Assembly: GCF_001194135.2 (NCBI RefSeq)
Contig: NC_068995.1
Location: forward strand, 52,897,393-52,960,629
Direction of reading: 5' to 3'
DNA from: Octopus bimaculoides
Taxonomy: Eukaryota
Length of the DNA stretch: 63,237 nucleotides
Shown: in pieces, positions 54,346-63,237 of the stretch
How the letters are laid out: each line of letters starts with the position of its first letter
How positions within the stretch are numbered: position 1 is the first letter of the stretch
The notes under the pieces: model-generated
What the model was told of the DNA's origin: nothing
Seen by the model: only the letters and a program-made list of their open reading frames with translations
The model's database searches: none
Translations under genes and position numbers: made by a program

Positions 54346-55237
54346 AATCCATTATTCAAAGCTATTTAAATCCATTTCTTCGGATGTCTTTTTCCCTTCA
54401 GACGTTCAAGTCATCGAAGTTCTCAATATTCCCAACTGAGTAATTTTCGATTGTTTGGCTTCTGCACTCGGCGTCTACGATTGATGTTCTTTCGAAAAGT
54501 CCGACTTATTTTGGAGATAAATTTTGAATTTGTTTGGACAAACATCGAATGCAATAAAATTTTATTGAATTTTATAAATAATTATACTATTTAATTTAAT
54601 TACTATAATTAACAAAACTTAATTAAGATCTTTATAGATTAAACATGAAAGATTTATCTCCCTTTGTCATTAACTATACTCTGAAAGCGTTGTCACCCGT
54701 GAATAAAGGAGATAAAATGATAGAAACATAGAAAAGTTTGGCGCCATCGTGTGTGTGTGTGCGTCTGTATATATAACACCGGCACACGCATGCGCATAAG
54801 GATATACATACATACTGGAGGATGTGCAAGTGAACGATGTAGAACGGAAATGAAGGGATTCGATTCTGCTCGCCAAATACAATTTCCAGTTTAAACAGTT
54901 TTAGATTTGGCAATGTGGTCAAGAAGTTCAGTTCGCAACTAGGTGTTTCCAGGATCGAACCCAGAATGCAAAACGTTGGGGTAAAGCGTTTTCTATCGCA
55001 GCCTCGTGTCAACCCAAGATTTGTGAGTGAAACTGACTGAAACTACGAAAACGCATCGATAAACTGTTGTTGGATGCAAGCAACGGTTTAATGCCACCAC
55101 TTCGTTCTTGGGTGTTTAAAGTAAGGTACCTGTAGTCTGTTACAAATAGCCACACCGGGTCTCTATGCAACAGATTTTTTCCTTCTTTCCTCATTACCTT
55201 CGAAGGGCATGTGAAAAAGCGATTCTCTTCCATAAAA

Positions 55238-55278
<41 letters not shown>

Positions 55279-56239
55279 GTGTGTTCATGGATACATATGT
55301 ACGTTATAAATGTATGTGTGGGTATGTCAGTATATGCGTATGTATGTGTGTAGGCGTGCGCGCGTGTATGCGAGAGATTACATATTTATATATGCACACG
55401 TACATATACATACATGTACATATGTGTATATACATACATAAAACTGTTCATACACATTCGCACACACTCATACGAACATACAAGTTCACACACACACACG
55501 CACGCAAGCACACACATAAGGTTCCTGAAGCAGGCGGCGACAAGAAAACATCGGAAGAACGTGATGAGCGATTGATAAGGTTGTTTGTTAGCAATGAAGA
55601 CGTCTGAAACGTTATGAATATCTATTGTAGGTCCAGGGAATTGCGGATCATAACACAGACGAGATTTAAATAGATAATTCCAGAAAGTAATGGTAATGTC
55701 GACAATAAACTTGATCGATCTGTGTGAAGAAAATGGAAGAAGGAGGTTCATGTTAAGCAAACCGAAGAATAAAGAATAGCAAAGACACTGTAGATAATTT
55801 TATTGAACAGGCTTCGTTTTCAAACAATAATTTTTGACACGATAAACATGGCGATTCTCAAACTAACAGCTTTTGTCTAGGTTAACCGTTTTAGTGTTTC
55901 TCAGAGTGGCCTTAATTCCTTCACAATATCCTCGTTGTTTGAAACTCCATATGTGTGTGTGTGTGGGTGTGTGTGTGTGTGTGTGTGCGAATGTGGGTAT
56001 GGATGTATCTATATGTGTGTATATGGGCGTACATGCATGTATGCATGTGTATACGTTTGTGCGTATGTATGCACGTATATGTGTGTATATTTATGCATGT
56101 ATGTGCGTTGGTATATCTATTCATATGTGTTCGTATGTATGGAGTGCGTACATATCTGTCTGTCTGTCTGTCTGATGTCTGTCTATCAATCTGGCTGTAC
56201 GTCTGTTTCTCTTTCTTTCTCTCTCTCTCTCTCTCTTTG

Positions 56240-56290
<51 letters not shown>

Positions 56291-56291
56291 A

Positions 56292-56404
56292 CGAGGTCTG
56301 ATCAATAAGTATCGGAATTGTTGCCATAGTAACAAAGCTAAAGCGCGCAAAGTAAAGCCGCTTGGTGCAGATTGATCTTTACCTCTGTGCATATGCACCA
56401 AGAT
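56292..56404 (+). mobile_element. 5' end of a mariner-like element (TIR plus short leader), truncated
   Basis: TA|cgaggtctgatcaataagtatcgga is typical of mariner TIRs inserted at TA, here at the end of a (TA)n run. No matching second TIR found. Confidence 0.6.
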
Positions 56405-57066
56405 TTAAGTAAATTCGCTGCCTATTTTCCAAATGAACGCTGAGATGTAACATAGGAGGGTATCGTTCGTGAATTGGGAATCTCAAGGTTCTCCATATGG
56501 CTTCATTGGTGGATATGTAGCGTCCAGTTTCGAAAAGAGTCACTTCATCATTTGTAAAATCTGTTGAACGTGTAGATTTTATTTGAAAAATGGTTCTATC
56601 TGATTCTTTGGTAATGTACTTGCATACATAACGTATGGATTTGACAGAATTACAGAATTCTACGTTGATGTGTGCATGAAATGTTTTGCAGAGCATCTTC
56701 TTGTGGGGTACGACCCAGGAATTGTCAACCAAAAAGTGAAGCGGGAGAGATACAAGTGTAAGGGAGACAATCAATTTCTGAATGTTACTTCGCCAGTCCA
56801 CAATAGTTACCGTACACCAGAAATGGAGGTTTTTCTGACCCTTTCTTTAGAAGTCCCATTACTCAATATTGGTCCATAAGTGAAAATTCTAAACAGTGTA
56901 GAACCATTTGTGGAACATAAGTGATGTATTTACCAAGCGTGAATAAAATCGGATGAAAAATATTGATTTTACGTGGGATCAGCCTAATAGTCTCACACAC
57001 ACACACACGCACGCACACACACACACACACACACATACACACATCTTTCGTCTTATATATCACAGA
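56405..57066 (-). mobile_element. Deleted Helitron: 5' terminus plus Rep-domain fragment
   Basis: 56410-56735 translates VDNSWVVPHKKMLCKTFHAHINVEFCNSVKSIRYVCKYITKESD...ETGRYISTNEAIWRTLRFPIHERYPPMLHLSVHLENRQRIY, classic Helitron Rep with the YxxKYxxK motif. A|TCtgtgatatataagacgaaag+(GT)n at 57066 resembles a Helitron 5' end on the same strand. Confidence 0.85.
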
Positions 57067-57189
57067 TATCTATTTCTCTGTACATATCGTGCATACACAT
57101 TTAATACATAAGCAAACTCAATGTGAGGGAATTTTCGCATTTAATCCAAACAAATAAGTTATGCATTATGTCGTGCCCAAAGTGCCACT

Positions 57190-57285
57190 TGCCTAAAGTG
57201 TCACTTGTCCAAGATGTCACGCAGTGGAACTGAACTCGGAACCATGTGGTTAGGAAACAATTTTCTTACCACACAGCCACGCCTG
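57190..57285 (-). mobile_element. Head of SINE family A, antisense
   Basis: cacttgtccaagatgtcacgcagtggaactgaactcggaaccatgtggttagg...cttaccacacagccacgcct. Confidence 0.75.
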
Positions 57286-57975
57286 GATGTTGATTAATAT
57301 CTGTTTGTGTGTGTGTGTCTGTGAGTGAAAAATGTATGTGTTTATGCGCATATATCGTTATAAATATTAGTTCTATTATATATTATGCAATGAAATACAT
57401 ATACGCAATTGCTTTCTCTCTGTGTGTGTATGTGTGTGTTTGAGAGTGTGTGTATGTAGACACATATACACATACATACATACATACAAATACATATGCG
57501 TGTATGTGTGTGTGTGTGTGTTTGTTTATGCATATTGTTATATGTGTTGTATTGAACACATGCTCACTAGACTGTGTAACGCTGCAAATAGCGAGAACTA
57601 TGGCGGAAATGAGAGAGAGAGAGAGAATGATAGAGAAAGGGAGAGAGAGAAAGGTGTAGATAGATGCAACGAGAGAAAGAGCAGAAGTCAAAGAAAAAGA
57701 CAGATAAAAGCACCTTTATCTGGGGGTAGAGTGGGGGAGAAACTGACCGATGTTCTGTTGATGTGAACTGAATAACATAAGATATAAAACAGCGGCACAG
57801 ACATGGCTGGCTGACTGTCTGTCTGTTTGCGTTGATGGACGGCAGCATAAAGAATGGCTGGAGTGGTTTAGTCAGCGGGCGAGATCGGAACAAGAATGGC
57901 ATCATAGACGAAGGAGGCAAAATGATGAAATCACACGAAGCTAAAGAGAAAAAGAAATGAAAAGAGACAGCGAGA

Positions 57976-58013
<38 letters not shown>

Positions 58014-58814
58014 GAGGGAGAGGAGGAAAGGACATGTACGTAACGAAGTGGTAGGTGGTCGTACATTTTGTTTTTATTGCGTCCTCCACAAATTAGTCAG
58101 AAGAGAAGGCACAGGACCCATTTCATTTCAGACACCCACTATCGCACCATACATTGATGAGATCAATATGACAGTTGTTCATTATTAATATCCCTAAATC
58201 GACATATGCAGGCTAAAAATCCAAAAGTATGAGAAGGGAAAGAATTGGAGAGTGCTGGAATTTTAGAAGGTGGAAAGAGCGATGAAAGAGTTAGTAACGA
58301 TTTGGTGAATGCAGTGCAGTTGGAATTGATACAGAGACGAAAGGAACATTTCGGAAAGAACTAGAACCGTGGTGGGTATGCGGCAAGGTTACTGAGAGAA
58401 AATTGAACCTTTTTAGTAAACATGGTGCGTCTTTGCGCTGTACTTTTAGTAAATAGGCGTTTGTATGTCAGTTATCCAAATCTATTCTGCAAAGTATCGA
58501 AGATAACATGTTATCAAATGTGTTAAAGATGAATTTACATGAATATATAATGCAAGAAAGTGTTTTATTAATGCAGAAATGTCATATTATATAAATATGT
58601 CCATAGATTTTCAAGGTTTCTATTCAACATTTGAACGTTACGTTTCAGAGACAGATCTGACGAGCGCAAATTAATTCAATGAATCCTGAACAGTCTTTGT
58701 TTGTTTTATTTGATTACTTTTGATTCCACCTTAAATACCACTAGCTGCTGAATTTCTTTACTTACATATTTATTTATTTATTTTTGTCTATATAGAAATT
58801 GGTGATATGCATAT

Positions 58815-59045
58815 GACGTAGTGGTTAAGAGCGCGGGCTACTAACCCCAATATTCCGAGCTCGATTCCAGGTAGTGACCTGAATAATAATAATAATAATA
58901 ATAATAACATCGAAAAATACCTTAGGAATGAGAACCCAGTTCAAAATTTCCCCATGAAGGCTAGAGGGTATATCAGTTGAAACGTTGTGTTAACAATAAA
59001 CAAGATGAGGACAAATATCCATCAAATGTAAATAATGTACAATAG
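58815..59045 (+). mobile_element. SINE family D: tRNA-like head, (AAT)n spacer, and Penelope-like tail with hammerhead remnant
   Basis: Head tgacgtagtggttaagagcgcgggctactaaccccaatattccgagctcgattccagg (A and B boxes); tail ...ccccATGAaggctagagggtatatcagttGAAACGTTgtgttaac. Confidence 0.65.
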
Positions 59046-60319
59046 CATTGTTATTTACATGTCTCTAATGGACAAATAATTGATTTACTGTATCTTCAAC
59101 AACGAAGATTGAGAAGGGAATGTCTAGATACAAAACAAGTATCCCAAGAACCTGATCTCCTGGTTTCTGCGTCGATGTTTACGTTATTCAACAAATCACA
59201 TTTGCTATCCAAAAATTATTGGTCAATCAAAGCTATTGTAAAAAAAAAAAAAAAAATTTTAACTTCTCAACAACAGAGTCACGACTGCATGTATCACAAA
59301 TGCTCTGAAGAACAACAACAGTGGCATCGTAATTTTCATTTCATAACATTTCGAGTAATTATAACCACAACCAGGTATTCAATTCGTAATCGGGATGTAT
59401 TTTACATTTAAGTCCACAGCGTATGTGAAATCAACAACAGCATAAAAATGGCGGACTTGATGTATTCAGTGAAATGTTAGAACAGCAATGAAAACGGCTT
59501 ACGGAATTTGTTAAGGCTATACGGAATGATAAAATTAGACAGTGTTTAAGAACTTAGCTAAAGGCCCTGAACCAACAGAGGGTTCCTTACATCAATGTAT
59601 GCCTTCTATTGTTTAAACATTTTCTTTGAGAACTTGATTCTTTTGACCAAAATCTGAATACAATGCTGACTCTTTTCAAAATATCATTTCCACCTAAATG
59701 CCTTAAATCAGTCATTAATTCAACTACAAATACAACTTCTTCTGCCGACGGTTTTATTTGGCATTGTTACATTATTCTATAAGCAACAATGGGTTATTTC
59801 TGATAATCTCTAAGCAAATACACGTTGAAATCAGACACATAGTACTGTTTAACAGTAAACTTTGCATTTATACTCATAAAGATGTATATACCACTGGATA
59901 TGTCGAAAATTTGCGCACGTTAATTCCTTTATCATTTCACCCATGTATACACGCCCCCCCCCACACACACAACATGTACATATATACATGCATGTATTCA
60001 TAATTGACGGTGGTTAACAAAGCATGTTTTGAGACTGATGTCTTCTCAAGAGATCTTACTTTAAGCTTGCTCAAATATTACTTGGCATAATGAGTATTCG
60101 ATATACATATACATGCGAGGGTGTGTGCCTGTCTGTGTGAATGTACATAGCTTAAACGCATATTATAAGCAGTCACGATTCCCCAATTATTGCAGTTTCG
60201 TCATAAACGAATGTCCTTCTATGATCCATTAAGCATACCATAAAAAGCTGAGGTCAGTGTTAAATATTAACTATTTAAACCATAAGTCAGAAGATATATT
60301 ATATTCAATTATTCTTTTC

Positions 60320-60535
60320 TACTCTAGGCACAAGGCTCGAAATTTTGGGGGAGGGGAGGGGGAGTCGATTAGATCGACCCCAGTACACAATTAGTACTTA
60401 ATTTATCGACCGCGAAAGGATGAATGGCAAAGTCGACCTCAGCAGAATTTGAACTCAGAACGTAAAGAAAGATGAAATACCACTAAGCATTTCACCCGGC
60501 GTCTCTAACGTTTCTTCCAGCTCACTACCTTATTT
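60320..60535 (-). mobile_element. Near full-length SINE family B, antisense
   Basis: cgattagatcgaccccagtac...ttatcgaccgcgaaaggatgaatggcaaagtcgacctcagcagaatttgaactcagaacgtaaag is the reverse complement of the family B core. Confidence 0.85.
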
Positions 60536-60981
60536 ATATTGTATTATTTTATTACAAAAAAGTCACAGTTGGTAACAAAAACAGGACAGTGGAGACATAC
60601 AAGAAACCAAACGAAAACAAACATGGAGAGCCGTTAGGCTAGACGAGGTAAGGTAGCGAACGCTGGAGGAATATTGTCTTTGACAAGAGAAAAGATAAAA
60701 GAGGAGACAGATAAGAATGCGTCTGGTCTGTCAGACAGACTGAAGGAAAAGAAAGATGATCACGTGAGGAAAAGAAAGATGGACGATGGTCACGTGTGAG
60801 CAACGAGAAAGAGTAAAGGAGGATGAGGGAGAGAGAGAGAGACAGAGAGAGAGATAGAGAGATAGATAGATAGAAAACGGTGAAGGAGAGAAAAAAGAAT
60901 CAGAGAAAGGACGAGAGAAAACGAAAAGGGGAGAGAGAGAACAATACAGNNNNNNNNNNTGTGTATGTGTGTGTGCGTGTT

Positions 60982-61050
<69 letters not shown>

Positions 61051-62693
61051 ATATATATATTATGTATGCATGTATACACACAAACATATATCGGGAGAGA
61101 GAGAGAAAAAGAGAGAAAGATGGGGGAGCGAAGGGAGAGAGAGCGAGCAAAATGATGTTTGTTAGAGGAAATGTGTTACAACATCTCTGTAATGTAACTA
61201 TGTAATTTCCCGTCCATTTCTGTTCAGCTGGTGGATTGCCAAATTTTAAAGTAGTTATTCCAAATAAATGGTAAAGAATCAACACTTAATGTAAAAGCAA
61301 AAACAAAAAACCCCAACAAATAACAAAAAAAAAATCGAACAGTCTAAATAGAGTTTAGCAGATGTTAGAGGTTACAATAAGGTGATTATTGGCACAAAAT
61401 CGGGCCAAATGCAACAAGTTTGATTATTTTCTCTTTCAAGAATTTATGTAGATGTGAAAATTCTGAGGTGAGGTTCGATTTTAAAAGTTCCAATATTCAG
61501 GTTATTTTGGAGAAGTGAATTCTTGGGACAAGTTAAGATTTTGAAGATGACAAAAATTGACGCCAAAGTGGTTTATTATTTTGTTTTGCGTCTATTATAT
61601 TATTTTAAAATTTTCTTTTGTTGACATGATAGTTATTAGGCCATACTGCTAGTTCTCCGCATTGAGAGGTCACACCTCTGCTACTATGAACATGTTATTA
61701 TAATATGACAGGAAAAAATCGCAAGACAGATTCTTCGGCCGGATATCGAAGGGGTAGATAAAGAACGAAATTGTTAGATAATATCCATACACGGAGTTAA
61801 TCACGCTTGGGAACCCAGCAGGAAAGTGGAATGACGATTGGTTGCGTCTGATAGCACCTTATGGAAGAGGCACCTGAGGACATTACCAACACCCGCACCC
61901 CCGGAGAGAAACGAGGAAAAATGCGAAGAAGGTTAATCCAAAAAACGGAACGAGTAGAAAGAAAAGAAAGAAAAAAAACCAAGATCTCTGTCTTCCATGA
62001 TTGCAGAAACCACAATTACTGCAGCTGAACATCGACCCGAGTGTTCAGCTGGTACTAATTTTATTGATTTCGAAAGACTGAAAGGCAAAGCCAGCCTCAG
62101 CGAAATGTGAAACCGCGAAGCACTTTGCTCGGCGTGCTAACAACTCTGACACCGCGCCGCCTTCCATTATTTTAATATTGTTAAGAAATTTGTATAATAC
62201 ACACTAATTCTTTGGCCAGTGCTGATTACATAATATTGATATCATATTCGATAAGAGGAGATTAGGATTAAGAGCTTTAGCAGGAGACGATATCCAATAA
62301 CATAATTGACAGAAATATTTTGCTTTGTCCTTCTATCCACGCACGCCCACAAATAAATACATTTGAATCTATACGTGATGGCCTTTCTGTTTGTGTGTGT
62401 GTGTGCGTGCGTATGTACAAATACATATAGCGATGGATGGAGGGCTGTATGTATGTATTAATAGTGACAGCGCGTTTGGACTAAAGGTATTCATATACAC
62501 CCCCCCTCCACATATATATATATGCACATATGGAAAATCTATTTGCCAATACAATATGGCAGTCCTACACATGACGATGTTAATACTTTTTAGCCCCGGA
62601 AAGCATCTTTTCCAGCTGGCTACCGACACATGGTCTGTGTCCGTATACTGTGAGCAAGGGACTCTATTGATCCCTTTTCAGCCTTAGCTATAC

Positions 62694-62772
62694 CTTTAGA
62701 ACAATGGTTTCTGCGGCATTTCTCGTCATCGGTACAGGACATATGCCGGCTAGAGATGGCAGCCACTCGACC
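62694..62772 (-). other. Weak candidate 79-nt exon
   Basis: tactgtatttactgcag|ggtcgag...ctaaag|gtatag; locally GC-richer. Two frames are open (GRVAAISSRHMSCTDDEKCRRNHCSK or VEWLPSLAGICPVPMTRNAAETIVLK). No family recognised. Confidence 0.2.
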
Positions 62773-63237
62773 CTGCAGTAAATACAGTAAATACTTTTAA
62801 AGCGATACACAGTTGCTGATCTCGTAAATATAAATATATATATATATATATCATGTACATACATGTACACACAAGCATGCGTTTGTATGTATGTAAGTGT
62901 ATGTGAGTGACTATATGCGTGCGAGTGTGAGCGTGTGTGTGCGTTTATGTGTTCGTATGCCTTTATACACATTGCGTTCGTATTATATATTTACATGGCG
63001 TGTTACAAAAGGTTATAGGATCAACTGTCTCTGTTATTTTTTGAAATTTATCTTATTTCACAATTTCCCTGATCTAGCATACATACACGCATACACACAT
63101 ACATACACATACATACATCCATACATATACACTTGTACACATACTAACACAGATACGCGCCCGCACACGCATATTTATGTACATATAACTATATATACAT
63201 ACACACACACATATGTATACATTTATATATATATATT

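Noticed and set aside
57836-57961. Short ORF containing DRNKNGIIDEGG, EF-hand-like
   Set aside because: Lacks the position-12 Glu and the flanking helices, has no splice context, and lies in GA-rich low-complexity sequence.
58815-58885. Possible tRNA genes at SINE heads
   Set aside because: No complete cloverleaf or acceptor stem, and no poly-T terminator; these are SINE promoters.

Overview
Eukaryotic, AT-rich, gap-ridden, non-coding DNA saturated with di-, tri- and tetranucleotide microsatellites and tRNA-derived SINEs. The repeat repertoire is what I associate with octopus (coleoid cephalopod) genomes; that assignment is inference, not a database result. I found no recognisable intact host gene, and nearly all supplied ORFs are microsatellite or N-gap artefacts. 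The protein homology I can recognise is all from decayed transposons: a HERO-type RLE retroelement C-terminus (10.9-11.3 kb, -), an internally deleted R4/Dong element (12.4-12.8 kb, -), a CR1/L2-type 3' end nested in a SINE (42.3-42.5 kb, -), a DD37D/maT transposase derivative (46.4-47.2 kb, -), and a mariner end abutting a Helitron Rep fragment (56.3-57.1 kb). The most interesting signals are RNA-level. (1) A near-complete type I hammerhead ribozyme fold at 53746-53820 (-). (2) A tRNA-headed SINE whose tail carries a hammerhead-like remnant (58.8-59.0 kb). (3) A polypyrimidine-CAG|GTAAGT recursive-splice-type site followed by an 81-nt exon and a second donor (24145-24251, -), bracketed by an inverted pair of near-full-length SINEs. 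SINE boundaries and family groupings were judged by eye and are approximate.
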